From Candidatus Micrarchaeota archaeon (lineage in GTDB: Archaea; Micrarchaeota; Micrarchaeia; Anstonellales; Bilamarchaeaceae), in the NCBI GenBank assembly GCA_043812915.1, contig JBDRLQ010000016.1, positions 32,001-96,000 on the forward strand: a stretch of DNA of 64,000 nucleotides, written 5' to 3'. This document shows positions 35,046 through 45,449 of this stretch, piece by piece (the first letter of the stretch is position 1; each line of letters opens with the position of its first letter). The notes below the pieces were generated by a model. It made no database searches, was not told the DNA's origin, and worked only from the letters and a program-made list of their open reading frames with translations. The translations under genes and the position numbers were made by a program.

Positions 35046-37760
35046 TCATTCCCCTTCTTCTTCCTCATCATCAAAATCAGGCACAGAGCCCGGTGGCTCG
35101 CTCTCGTAGTGGGCGTATGGGCTTTCCTCAGGCACATCGAAGTCGCCACCTTCCTGGAGCCTCCTCCAGCTCGGGCACGCGACATTCTCGCAGCCTCCGG
35201 CTCCAAGCTCACCCTCGCTGTTGTATCCCATCAGGCTCATGTATACCGCAAGCTTGTTGTAGCCAGAGTCCGTCTTGTCATAATAGTTGAGCTTGCAGCT
35301 GTACACGTAATCTATGAAGTCCTGGATTCCCCAGCAGTATGGTTGTTCGTCCTTCATGTCGCCCTCAGCGTGGCATGCCGCCAGGTATAACGGGCTGACG
35401 CAGTCCGCGTTTGTCCAGTCCTTCCTCTCCTCGAATTCGGTTATCCAGACCGCTCCCTGGTCGTTCCCCCAGGTTCCGAAATAAATGTGCCCTGCGATGT
35501 AGTACTCAAGCACCCTCTCCTTGTCAGGATTGTCCCTGATTCCGAAGAGGTCTCCATCATCCCCCCGGGTTCTGTACTTGTCAACTACCTGGCCCGCCAT
35601 TTCCACAGCTCGCGCAATGTCATAAGTCCCCATGCAGGCTGAGTCCGCGGGGTCGAAGGGGTTGAAATCATAGCCGCACTGGGTGATTGCCCGATCAGGG
35701 TTGTCGGCAGTCCTTCTGTTCTGGCCAGTTCCGCCATCCCTGGTCTGCACCGCGTCGATGAACTGGTCCTCATACACCCCGCAATCGGATGGCGAGTCCT
35801 CGTAGATGCAGAACTCCTCCCTCGGCCAGAATGTGTAGGGGCTGGTCATGGTCTGCATAAGCCCTGTCGCCATCCATCTCCAAGATGGGGTTTCCCCTGC
35901 CGCATCCGGATCGGGCTGGGGCTCAAGATTGTAATTGCATTCTCCGCTTGGGTCTTCCATGAAATTGTATCCAGCGCTGTATTTTCCGGGAATGCACCTG
36001 CTCGGGCAGTCTGTCCCGCTCCTGCATGAGCAGGCGGCGGCGCACATGTCCATTCCGCCCTCTGCAATCGCGACAGCGCGCGCATATAGCGGATCGATGT
36101 TATGCGTGCTTGCCCAGCTATCTATCATCGGATAGGCCGTGCAGGCAATCTCCATGTCTGTAAGCCCTGGGAAGCGCTCACGCGTTTCGGCAGACACGCT
36201 GACTCCCCTTGGCTCTATTATCCCTGCATAGGGGAACTCAAGCTGTTCGTTCATGCACGCGTCGCAGCGCACATAGGGCTCCATGGGTTCGAAAAGGTCA
36301 GGGGTCATGGGAGAGCCGAAATCCCGCAGCCCTCCGGCGCCATATTGCATGTGCAGCAGGCTGTCCCACTGCTCGTTGAAGTTGCATCTGCCACCTGTCT
36401 GGTTAGGGAAAACAATGGGTATCCCGGGGGTTGGCGAGAATTCCCCTGCGCAGCAGTCCTGCTCAGGATTGGCCGCGCAGTCGGCGCAGCTTGTCTCCAC
36501 CCTCATTATGCCTGTGAATCCCTGGCACCCTCCGAACCAGCTCTGCATCCGATCGATGTTCTTTCCGATTGAGCAGTCCTCGCAGCTCATCGGATTCCCG
36601 CGCATGCCTCCAAGCGTTGAATTGAAATCATATGGTGAGGCGCCTATTACCCCGGTCTCAAGGAAAGCTGGCAGGTTGGGGAAGAAAGCGTTATAGCCCC
36701 GAATCATCTCTGCCTCTGTCCATTCGCACTCGACTGAGCCATCCTCATTGAGCACCTCTCCGCCCGAGTCGAAGAGCATGTATGGCATTACCGTCGGCTT
36801 CTTGAACGTCTGCCAGACGAAGGAAGAGAAGTTGTAGGCATCAAGGTACAAGTCGTTGTAATCGCAGGAGTGCGCCCTGTGGCTGTTCATCCCGAAGGCC
36901 ACAAGGTCGAAGTTCTCGGACCGCGGATCCTCAAGAGTGGCCTGCACTCCGGTAATATCATCCATCCTGGCTCCGAGGGCCACCATGCAGTACACCTCGC
37001 CGTCCCTTCCATTGGGGCACTGGTCCTTCATGGCCACGGCCTGCTCAAGAACGAGCTCCCTGGTGGCATCGTCCGATAAATCTGCGTCCATCTCTGTTGT
37101 GATTATGATTGGCCCGACAGGCCCCCAGAGCTGCCCGTGGGTCACCGATGAGCCCCCGTGATACAAGGTATCCGCTATCGCTCCTGCCCTCGTGACATTA
37201 GGCGCCCCGCCGCTATATAGCACATAGACCGGCATGACCTCCTTGTCAAGAAGGCAGATTGCCCTTGAGGGGTCAACGTCGCTGTACTGGGCGGTCTCCA
37301 CATCGCCAATCAGCCACTGCACGGCCATCTTCAGCTGGTTGTTGCACCAGCGGTTGGCCTCGCCGAAATCAGCGAAGGTGGGCCCGGCGCCAACCATGAA
37401 GTGGCGTATCCCCATGTCGCTGATGCTGCCGTTGGTAAGGTAATTATACCTCTCCTGGCTCGCCTCATACCTCTCAGCAGGATCATCAATATGCGTGGTG
37501 CCGGCAAGGTTCTCGAACCTGCAGTCGGCGCCGACAAAAGAAGTGAAAACCCCCCAGATGTTGCTGGAGTTCGTGCATACCATCGCCCAGCACTCTACAT
37601 CGCCGCATATGTCCACCTCTGCAGGGTCATATAACGGCACTCTCCCATGCTCGGCGAGCCTGTCCGCCCAGTTTTCGCTGTAGTCATTGCCGCCGCTTAT
37701 CCGGTCGACACAGCCGGCAGCCAGCAGTATCAGCAGTATTGGCAATATCACTCTTCTCAT
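35046..37760 (-). CDS. Cys-rich lipoprotein with a lytic transglycosylase (SLT/GH23-like) domain and a possible glycoside-hydrolase-like N-terminal domain
   Basis: Lipobox LLAAGC (start 37760, GAGGT RBS). SLT motifs I...A....IDP...RAVAIAEGG, ATGLMQ, NPFDP.DS..MG..DI. The N-terminal assignment is tentative. Confidence 0.75.
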   Translation of the reverse strand: MRRVILPILLILLAAGCVDRISGGNDYSENWADRLAEHGRVPLYDPAEVDICGDVECWAMVCTNSSNIWGVFTSFVGADCRFENLAGTTHIDDPAERYEASQERYNYLTNGSISDMGIRHFMVGAGPTFADFGEANRWCNNQLKMAVQWLIGDVETAQYSDVDPSRAICLLDKEVMPVYVLYSGGAPNVTRAGAIADTLYHGGSSVTHGQLWGPVGPIIITTEMDADLSDDATRELVLEQAVAMKDQCPNGRDGEVYCMVALGARMDDITGVQATLEDPRSENFDLVAFGMNSHRAHSCDYNDLYLDAYNFSSFVWQTFKKPTVMPYMLFDSGGEVLNEDGSVECEWTEAEMIRGYNAFFPNLPAFLETGVIGASPYDFNSTLGGMRGNPMSCEDCSIGKNIDRMQSWFGGCQGFTGIMRVETSCADCAANPEQDCCAGEFSPTPGIPIVFPNQTGGRCNFNEQWDSLLHMQYGAGGLRDFGSPMTPDLFEPMEPYVRCDACMNEQLEFPYAGIIEPRGVSVSAETRERFPGLTDMEIACTAYPMIDSWASTHNIDPLYARAVAIAEGGMDMCAAACSCRSGTDCPSRCIPGKYSAGYNFMEDPSGECNYNLEPQPDPDAAGETPSWRWMATGLMQTMTSPYTFWPREEFCIYEDSPSDCGVYEDQFIDAVQTRDGGTGQNRRTADNPDRAITQCGYDFNPFDPADSACMGTYDIARAVEMAGQVVDKYRTRGDDGDLFGIRDNPDKERVLEYYIAGHIYFGTWGNDQGAVWITEFEERKDWTNADCVSPLYLAACHAEGDMKDEQPYCWGIQDFIDYVYSCKLNYYDKTDSGYNKLAVYMSLMGYNSEGELGAGGCENVACPSWRRLQEGGDFDVPEESPYAHYESEPPGSVPDFDDEEEEGE

Positions 37761-37812
37761 GAGAGAAACCTCTAATAGATAAGAAAAAGGAACAAAAAAG
37801 AATAAAAAGAAG

Positions 37813-40800
37813 CTAGTAGAGCCTGGACCTGCAGCTCGCGTTCGAACAGGTGGCTCCGCGATAGCCCGCGCGGCCACAGTTGGCGCAGTAGCAGACGCTG
37901 GACATTCTCCAGGGCCTCATCGCACGCCCTAGGGCGGCGCCTGTCCTGTCCGCAGTGTCTGCGAGCCTGTTCATATAGCCTCCGCCCCTGTGCCCGTTCT
38001 TCACGAAGTCCACAAGGCTGGTGGTTATATTCCTGAGGCCGAACGATCCGGTTCCGGGCGCTGGCATGTGCCACATGAAGAGCAGCGGGTTGGCCCATCC
38101 GAACATCGAGTTCTGGGATACGCCGAACCCTCTCATCTCCTGCCCTCTCCTTATCTGGAGGGCTTCTGCGGATATGGTCCTCCTGTGGTGCGTGTCAAGC
38201 GCGGAATCGTGTATCTCCTTTTCGAAGAGTACGGACGCATCACCGCTCCTGAGCATGTTCGCCGCCATGGTCGGGTCCAGCCTCAGGTTCGCCCTGTAGC
38301 TGTATGCGCTCAGCCCCGGGTTGGCAGCTCCTATTCTGACGTCGGAGTACACACCCTCGTTCTGCAGCCACATGTCCTGCGCCGCTGCCCCAAGGCCTCC
38401 CCTGAAGTCGTTGCCCGCAAGCTGCCTCGCTTCAAGGCTGCTCTGGAACACGTTGGACTTGTTGAGCGCCTGGGCAAGCCTGCCCCTGCCTATGCTCGCG
38501 CTGAACGGGTTCAGCGACTGCAGCGCTTCCAGCACCCTCGGCTGGGTGAAGTTGTACTGCCTGAGCGGGTCGTTCACAGAGTCGAACTTGGAAGCGTATC
38601 CCTGCATGGACATCTGCATTCCTCTGAACATGTTCGTGTAGGGCGCCATCATCCTCCTCGCGACCGATATCACGGCACCTGAGTGGGCCATGAAGTTCAT
38701 ATATTCGCTCTTGGTCATGTACGACTGCAGGTTGTTCGAAAGCGAGTAGGTGTCCTGAGGCCCGAAGTGGAACTTGGCTGCCCATGCCTGGTGGGTTCCG
38801 AATGAACTGGAAGCCAGCCACGGGTTCCTGTCTATCGCGAATGCCCACACCTGGTCGAACCTGCCCTGGTCTATTGCCAGCCTGCGGTATGCCTTCTGCT
38901 CCTGGGCGCTGAGCCCGAGCTGGTTAAGGTCTGCTGACATTATCCTCTGGGCGTTCCTCCATGATGCCTGCCTGTAGAACTCCGAGTAAGGAGTTATCTC
39001 CCAGGAAGCCTTGTGGAGCTCACCACCAGCGGAAAGTGCGACACGCGACACATAGTCCCCGACATGGAGTGCCATGTCCCTGAACGGCTTTATCGCCTTC
39101 ATCAGGCCTGGAGCCTCCCAGTTGAACATGCGGAATATGCTCGGGGCAAGGGGCATAACCTCCCTCTTGGCCATCACCTTCACGTCGCTATTGTTCCAGA
39201 ACTTTCCGTAGTCATAGGTCTGGTTGCCGTACCTCCATGTGACAGCTCCCAATATCTTCTGCTTCTCATAGCTGTATCCGCCGTCCTTGGCCCATGCGGT
39301 GACCTCGTTCATGAATGCGTTCCATTCATGTGTGGTCCTCTTGCTCTGGAGGTCCTGCCACCTTCTCTCAAGGTCGCTCCTTCCGCCGAAGTGTATGTTT
39401 ACATCATCCGGATTGAAGAGCATGTGGGACTTCGTCTCCCTGTTGTAGAGCGACACTTCTCCTGCGAGCATCCTGTCCTTGTCACCTACTGGCATGGCAT
39501 GCCTGTAGGGGCAGTATCCTCCGTCAGACATAAGCACCCACGGCTGCTTGAATCCAGCCAGGTCGTCATATGTTATCTTGCTGCCGAGCACCTTCTTCAA
39601 GTCATCCTGGTGCTCCATCGCAAGGGTCCTGAACTTCTTTAAGTCCTCTGGATTCTGCATCTTCATGGTCTCAAGGAACCTGAGGTCAGCGTGGTTGCCC
39701 GGCATGCCCTTGTTCTCCTTCAGGGCCTTTTCCATGAACGCTGCGAGCACGTTGTTGTAGAAGCCCGTAGTCTCATGCATCTGTCCCCCATAGGCGTGGT
39801 TGCAGAATGTGGAGTTCGCCCTGTTCCGCATATCCTTCTCTATGTAATCTGACACCCACATCTGCTGGGCCTTGGTCCTCCTCTGGTCGACAGACCAGCT
39901 TGTGGAGCCGACTGCCCGGTCAAGCCTTGCTTCAACAGACGGATCGAGCGCTGTCACGTATCCACCGCCGAACCTGCGGTTTATCCACGGCGCCATTGCT
40001 ATATTCTCTGAAGTGTCTATGTGCGAGAGCCAGTGCGTCTTCATGTCTGTCTTGAACGCCCCTGTCGGAGGCGCTAGCTCGAAGGCTCCCTGGTGCCACA
40101 CCCTCCTTCCATCAGGGGTCATTCCGCTCTTGGGTATTGCCCCGCCGAACGTGAAGTCCACCATCTCGGCTATCGCGGCTTGGCTGACACTCTTGCCCTT
40201 CACCTTCTGGAACATCTCCCTGCCCTCGGCGGTGAACATATCGGCGAAGTAGCCTCTGGCCCTGTCTCGTATCTTGCCAAGCTGGACCTCGTTCCTCATG
40301 TATTCCGGAAGCTCATGCATGTTGCTTGCCGGATTGAGGGTAACCATCCTGTTGACGGCCTTTAGCCACTCGGACTGGAGCGCTTCCTTTATGCCCGCGC
40401 CGTATACGTGGCCTTCCTCATTCGCATATACCATTGAGCGGAACACCGACATGTTCCATATCTCCTGGGCGGTCATGTGCTCCCTGCCCACGAATGAATG
40501 GAACGCGTTGGGGCTGCTCGCGCTTCCCGGCGGGAAGTCGTTGTGGTGCTGCTCTATCACCTGCTGGAGAGCGAGCATCTTGGCGAATTCAGGCATCTTG
40601 GACGCTTCCACAGCTTCAACACTGCGCTGGAACTGCAGCATGCCCGAGAACTCGCTCCTGGCTATGCCCTGCCTCTCGGCAAGATTCAAGAGCTGGCCGA
40701 GCTTCTGCTCCCCGCTGGCCTTGGTGTTTCCGAGTATATGCCTTATCTCTTCTTCCATTGCTGCGAATGCGGCTGATGACCTCACGCCCGACATCTTGAC

Positions 40801-42618
40801 CACGTCGAGGTCGCGGCATCCTATGTTGGCCAGTTCCTCCTGGGTCATGTGGACATTGACGCCTGCCTTTCCATATATGCGGGATACTACGTGCCGCATT
40901 TCATCGCGGGTAAGCTCATGCCTGAGCTTGCCATAGAAGAAACCCATGTTCTGGTCCACGCGGTACATGCCCCCCACCACCATCTCGTGGGGTGGGGTGG
41001 TGACCTGCTTGTAGAACGCTCCTGCCGCCCCGCCCCTCCTCTGGGCTGCTGCGGCCCTGGCTTCGAAGGCGGGCTTTCCGCCTACTACTGCCGTGGTGCC
41101 TGTCTTGGCCATTTCCCTGGCGAATGCTATTCCGTGTGTTCCGGCGGCCCTGGTTCCCCTGGCAACCACCTGCGTGGTTCTTGACATGGAATCCACAGTG
41201 CCTGCGACTATGGGGCCGAGTATGGCGTACCTTCCGAATGCCTTTCCAAGCGCGCTCTGCACCCTCTGGTGCGCCGCGCTGCGCACTCCGAGCTCCGGGT
41301 GCGCTGTTAGCACTTCGAGCCTCTTCCATGTGCTAAGGCCGCTTATATACTGCCTAATTGAGCCTCCCAATACGGCGTCCTGCCCTCCCCTGCCTTCAAG
41401 CGTTGACATAAGCTGGGATACTACCCTGTGCTCCTCCTCTCCATAGTGGTATGGGAGCCTGCGCGCAAGGCTTCTTGCCTCCTCAGCCGACATGCCTGCC
41501 CTGCGGGCTGCGACCGCCATGCTCTCGGACATCTGCCTCAGCTGCCCGACATCGCCTGCGGCCCTGTCCCCTGCGGTTGCGGGCGCTGCCTGCGCCAGCC
41601 TGCGTATCTCACTTACTTCTGAAGGCGTTACTCCCGCGCCTCTGGTGGCGAGCCTCTCTGAAGTAAGGGCTGTCGCTCCTGCCGCAAGGCCCATGTTGCT
41701 CTTTAGCGTCCTCTTCATTTCCGTGTAACCGAAAGGGGCGAGTATCTGCCCACTGGCCGAGACTCCCTTTGGAGCCGGAAGCCTTGGCGTGGTTATGTCT
41801 AGCAATGATATGGGCGATTTGCCCGAAAAGTACATCGATGCCAGAAGAAGGCCGAGTATCATGAATATCCCCAGGCACGGAAGCGTTCCTCCTATTCCGC
41901 TTGGCCCTGCAACCAGGGAAGTTATCATGTCCGTAAGCTCCGGGAGTATTCCCGGGCTTGTGTCTTCGGTTGTGAGCGTGGTGGTGTACGGAGTAGTCGT
42001 TATCCCTCCATTGAGCTGCGCCGGGGCCACTACCTTCACGTTTATCCTTCCTGTTCCTCCGAGCTCCCCTCCTGTTGAATACAAGCTTGTGGGCACTTCG
42101 CAGGATACATAGTAATATGGTATGGCGTCCGCGCCTTCACCCACGGTCCTGTAGTCCTCCGCGGTGAGTACTGGGCTGCAGTCAGGTATTCCCACCCAGT
42201 CCCTCGCGTTGGGGCTCCAGTAAAGGAATGTGAAATTAGCATTGGGCACTGTCATGTATGTTACGTCCTGTTCAGTGCTGCCGAGCCTTTCAGCGCTCGC
42301 ACTGTGAATGCAGCTCTGCCAGTCGTATCCTCCGTCTTCCCTGATGAATTCGGCGGCGTCGCAGTACTCATGGTAGCCTTCTCCCCTGCAACACTCTGCT
42401 ATGCGCTGCGTTTCCGAAAAATCCACTGCGGACGCTTCGGTACGGAAAAGAAGCAGGCTCGCCTCAAGGACATTGGAGCCCTCTCCGGTCGGCATTACCA
42501 CCAACTGTCCCTCGAAGAAATCAGAGCCTCCGAAAAGGTCGGCACTGACTGTGGGGACCAGCATCAGCAAAACAAACATCCCAACGAACAAATTTCTTAT
42601 TGCGGACATCTTAATCAC
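37813..42618 (-). CDS. Giant (1601 aa) single-pass membrane protein with a C-terminal zinc ribbon
   Basis: Signal peptide, ~230-aa Cys-containing external part, TM helix (LGIFMILGLLLASMYF), ~1300-aa probable cytoplasmic part, C-terminal CYCANCG...C....C. Confidence 0.85.
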   Translation of the reverse strand: MIKMSAIRNLFVGMFVLLMLVPTVSADLFGGSDFFEGQLVVMPTGEGSNVLEASLLLFRTEASAVDFSETQRIAECCRGEGYHEYCDAAEFIREDGGYDWQSCIHSASAERLGSTEQDVTYMTVPNANFTFLYWSPNARDWVGIPDCSPVLTAEDYRTVGEGADAIPYYYVSCEVPTSLYSTGGELGGTGRINVKVVAPAQLNGGITTTPYTTTLTTEDTSPGILPELTDMITSLVAGPSGIGGTLPCLGIFMILGLLLASMYFSGKSPISLLDITTPRLPAPKGVSASGQILAPFGYTEMKRTLKSNMGLAAGATALTSERLATRGAGVTPSEVSEIRRLAQAAPATAGDRAAGDVGQLRQMSESMAVAARRAGMSAEEARSLARRLPYHYGEEEHRVVSQLMSTLEGRGGQDAVLGGSIRQYISGLSTWKRLEVLTAHPELGVRSAAHQRVQSALGKAFGRYAILGPIVAGTVDSMSRTTQVVARGTRAAGTHGIAFAREMAKTGTTAVVGGKPAFEARAAAAQRRGGAAGAFYKQVTTPPHEMVVGGMYRVDQNMGFFYGKLRHELTRDEMRHVVSRIYGKAGVNVHMTQEELANIGCRDLDVVKMSGVRSSAAFAAMEEEIRHILGNTKASGEQKLGQLLNLAERQGIARSEFSGMLQFQRSVEAVEASKMPEFAKMLALQQVIEQHHNDFPPGSASSPNAFHSFVGREHMTAQEIWNMSVFRSMVYANEEGHVYGAGIKEALQSEWLKAVNRMVTLNPASNMHELPEYMRNEVQLGKIRDRARGYFADMFTAEGREMFQKVKGKSVSQAAIAEMVDFTFGGAIPKSGMTPDGRRVWHQGAFELAPPTGAFKTDMKTHWLSHIDTSENIAMAPWINRRFGGGYVTALDPSVEARLDRAVGSTSWSVDQRRTKAQQMWVSDYIEKDMRNRANSTFCNHAYGGQMHETTGFYNNVLAAFMEKALKENKGMPGNHADLRFLETMKMQNPEDLKKFRTLAMEHQDDLKKVLGSKITYDDLAGFKQPWVLMSDGGYCPYRHAMPVGDKDRMLAGEVSLYNRETKSHMLFNPDDVNIHFGGRSDLERRWQDLQSKRTTHEWNAFMNEVTAWAKDGGYSYEKQKILGAVTWRYGNQTYDYGKFWNNSDVKVMAKREVMPLAPSIFRMFNWEAPGLMKAIKPFRDMALHVGDYVSRVALSAGGELHKASWEITPYSEFYRQASWRNAQRIMSADLNQLGLSAQEQKAYRRLAIDQGRFDQVWAFAIDRNPWLASSSFGTHQAWAAKFHFGPQDTYSLSNNLQSYMTKSEYMNFMAHSGAVISVARRMMAPYTNMFRGMQMSMQGYASKFDSVNDPLRQYNFTQPRVLEALQSLNPFSASIGRGRLAQALNKSNVFQSSLEARQLAGNDFRGGLGAAAQDMWLQNEGVYSDVRIGAANPGLSAYSYRANLRLDPTMAANMLRSGDASVLFEKEIHDSALDTHHRRTISAEALQIRRGQEMRGFGVSQNSMFGWANPLLFMWHMPAPGTGSFGLRNITTSLVDFVKNGHRGGGYMNRLADTADRTGAALGRAMRPWRMSSVCYCANCGRAGYRGATCSNASCRSRLY

Positions 42619-42678
42619 ACTTCTAAGTAAATCGGGTCGACGCCGCTTTATAAACCTGTAGGTTTTATAGTTATATGA

Positions 42679-42708
42679 AAACTACAAAAACTACAAAATC
42701 TGTAGTTT
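42679..42708. promoter_or_regulatory. Repeated/palindromic operator-like site in a divergent promoter region
   Basis: AAACTACA twice (42679, 42688) and its inverse TGTAGTTT (42701). TTTATAAA box at about 42647. Confidence 0.5.
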
Positions 42709-42740
42709 ATTGTCGTAAAACAAGATAAGAAGGGGTAAAT

Positions 42741-43802
42741 ATGAAAGGAACGAATCCATTCCCGCTATGGGGAGAGACACCTCAGAGCATTATAGGTAGG
42801 AATAACGAAATTGATATATTTAATAGTTACCTAAACGCGGTTTCCTCCGGTACGCCCGTGCTCGTGCTCTCAACCGGGGGCCCCGGGAGCGGAAAGACGC
42901 TGCTTTTCCGCCGTTTACGCCGTGAGAGCATAAAGGAAGGCCTCGCGTCACCATATATAAAGATAGAGCGGGGGGAGTCCGAATCCGACCTGGTGAACAA
43001 GCTCCACCAGGAGATGATAGGCTTCCTGGAGACCCAGGAAGGGGAGCGGGCCAGGCCCGGCAGGTATTCCGCCTCCATAAACGCCCTCAGGAAGAGGAGC
43101 GCTGGCACCCTGGAGGGCTTTTCGAGGGCGGCCGCCTCGGACTTAGGCGGGGTGATGCACGGGATAATGTTCTTCATAGACGATTTCGACAACCTGCGCA
43201 AGAGCGAGGATGAGTTCCAGAAGATTGCCTCGATTGTCAGCAGGGGGAAACTGCCCGTCGGCTTCGCGCTCTCATCCACCCGGGATTACGGGGGCAGCGA
43301 CCCAGTAATACGGAGATTCGCCCTTTCCGCCTTCACAGAGCATGATGTGCTTGAGCTTGTGGATAAGGCTCTTGGGAAAGGGCCGCCGAAGATGGGAGAG
43401 CAATGCCTGAAATCAATTATGGCCGACAGCGGCGGGAATCCCCGCCTGGTGAAGACTTCCTGCTGGATGCTTTATGAGAGATTGAAGGAAACTGACAAGA
43501 TTATAACGAAGGGGCATTACCTGGCGGCTTTGCCGGCCCTGACGAGCATGCTAGGCAGGGAATGGTTCGGCCCGATGTACAGCAGGACACCCGAATCAGA
43601 GAGGAAAATCCTGAAAGTTCTGGCCAGGGAAGGAAAGCAGATGCACATATCAGATGTCGCAACGGCAATGGGAAAGCCTCTTGGCCCAACGACAGCCCTC
43701 GCAAAGAGGCTCCTGGACAGGGGGCAGATACTCCGGATGGACCGCGGCGTTTACCTTCTCTTTTCCAGGCTCTATGGGAGATATGTCCTTAGCATGTCAT
43801 AA
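42741..43802 (+). CDS. AAA-type ATPase with C-terminal winged HTH
   Basis: NPF...IIGR..E, Walker A GGPGSGKT, Walker B FFIDDF, SGGNP, C-terminal HTH. Confidence 0.88.
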   Translation: MKGTNPFPLWGETPQSIIGRNNEIDIFNSYLNAVSSGTPVLVLSTGGPGSGKTLLFRRLRRESIKEGLASPYIKIERGESESDLVNKLHQEMIGFLETQEGERARPGRYSASINALRKRSAGTLEGFSRAAASDLGGVMHGIMFFIDDFDNLRKSEDEFQKIASIVSRGKLPVGFALSSTRDYGGSDPVIRRFALSAFTEHDVLELVDKALGKGPPKMGEQCLKSIMADSGGNPRLVKTSCWMLYERLKETDKIITKGHYLAALPALTSMLGREWFGPMYSRTPESERKILKVLAREGKQMHISDVATAMGKPLGPTTALAKRLLDRGQILRMDRGVYLLFSRLYGRYVLSMS

Positions 43803-43870
43803 TCCTCCATTCTTTCCCTGAGCGGATGCCTTATCTTTTAAAAACCTTAAAGGAGGTTTAGAAACGAAAG

Positions 43871-45445
43871 GTGAATACTGTGGACGACAAACAATCTTCT
43901 TCGAATCTTAGGGTAATTAGTGTTTTCGTTCTTGTCATGATAAACGTGGCCGCGATTGCTTCGCTCCGTGGCCTTCCTGCAATGGCCGAACTCGGTCTCT
44001 CATCTGTCTTCTATTTCGTGGTGATAGCGCTCCTTTTCTTCATACCCACCGCCTTGGTTTCGGCAGAGCTGGCAACAGGCTGGCCGAAGAAAGGAGGGGT
44101 GTATGTATGGATAAAGGAAGCCTTCGGCCAGAGATGGGGATTCCTGGCAATCTGGCTCCAATGGATTCAGAATGTCATCTGGTATCCCACCGTCCTCTCA
44201 TTCACCGCGGCCACCCTGGCATATGTCTTCAGCCCTGCCTTGGCATCTAACCCGTTGTATATGCTGGGGGTTATCCTTGCGGTGTACTGGGGAGCGACAT
44301 TGGCAAACTTTCGCGGTATGAAGACTTCCGGAACGATAACCACAATCGGAGCGGTCGGAGGGACAATCCTTCCAGCATTAATTATCATCATCCTCGCAGG
44401 AATATGGATATCTTCGGGCAACGCGCTCCAGATCGAATTCAATTTTCAGGACTTGGTTCCGGACCTTAGCAGCATAGGCACAATCGTCCTTGCCGCAAGC
44501 GTCCTCCTAGGTTTCTGCGGAATGGAGATGTCCGCCGTGCACGCCCAGGAAGTTAGAAATCCGCAGAATAATTTCCCCCGGGCGATACTTCTTTCGACGG
44601 CGCTCATCTTGGGGATATTCATCCTCGGGACACTATCAATCGCGATAGTGGTCCCCACTGCGAAAATCAGCTTGGTTGCTGGAATCATGCAGGCCTTCAC
44701 AAGCTTCTTTGATGCGTACAATATCGGTTGGATGGTTCCAATCATCGCTCTTTTGATTGTCCTTGGGTCAATCGGCTCTGTGAGCACCTGGATTGTGGGC
44801 CCGAGCAAGGGATTGTTCGCGACAGCATCCGAAGGCTCTCTCCCGCCCTTCTTCCAGAAGGTGAACAAGAACGGGATGCCTGTCAACCTGATGCTGGTCC
44901 AGGCGGGGATAGTGACCCTGCTGGCGCTCATATTCCTTCTGATGCCTAATGTCAGCAGCTCATACTGGATTCTGACAGCGCTGACAGCGCAGCTTTATCT
45001 AATCATGTACGTGCTGCTCTTCCTTGCAGCACTCAAGCTGCGCTATTCCAGGCCGGAAGTTCCGCGCGCATACAGGATCCCATTCGGTAAACTCGGCATG
45101 TGGGTTGTCGCGGGAGTTGGAAGCCTGGCGGCCCTTTCAGGGATTTTCATCGGATTCTTCCCGCCATCCCAGCTCCAGACCGGGAACATAATATTCTACG
45201 AGTCATTCCTGGTTGTTGGCATACTGCTGGTTGTTTCCGCCCCCCTGGTGATACACCACTTCAGGAAGCCGGAATGGGTTCCGAAAACAGCGAGGCAGGA
45301 TATGACAATCAGCGCAGCTCCGGAAATACTTGCCAGGAAAATGGCAAAGGCTGACCGGATAGCCGGCTACACGAAAAAACCAGGGGCAAGGAACCCAAAA
45401 AAGAAGAGTATCAAATCCAGAAAGAAAACCAAGAGAAGGGGATGA
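43871..45445 (+). CDS. gadC: Glutamate/GABA antiporter (APC family)
   Basis: SLRGLP..A, P.AL..AELA, GGVY.W..EAFG.RWGFL..WLQW, G.E.SA.H, W..GPSKG; adjacent to gadB. Confidence 0.85.
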   Translation: MNTVDDKQSSSNLRVISVFVLVMINVAAIASLRGLPAMAELGLSSVFYFVVIALLFFIPTALVSAELATGWPKKGGVYVWIKEAFGQRWGFLAIWLQWIQNVIWYPTVLSFTAATLAYVFSPALASNPLYMLGVILAVYWGATLANFRGMKTSGTITTIGAVGGTILPALIIIILAGIWISSGNALQIEFNFQDLVPDLSSIGTIVLAASVLLGFCGMEMSAVHAQEVRNPQNNFPRAILLSTALILGIFILGTLSIAIVVPTAKISLVAGIMQAFTSFFDAYNIGWMVPIIALLIVLGSIGSVSTWIVGPSKGLFATASEGSLPPFFQKVNKNGMPVNLMLVQAGIVTLLALIFLLMPNVSSSYWILTALTAQLYLIMYVLLFLAALKLRYSRPEVPRAYRIPFGKLGMWVVAGVGSLAALSGIFIGFFPPSQLQTGNIIFYESFLVVGILLVVSAPLVIHHFRKPEWVPKTARQDMTISAAPEILARKMAKADRIAGYTKKPGARNPKKKSIKSRKKTKRRG

Positions 45446-45449
45446 AGAA

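Noticed and set aside
34649..35330. Diversity-generating retroelement TR/VR pair
   Set aside because: Differences are not confined to adenines, include indels and many synonymous changes, and no reverse transcriptase is in the window.
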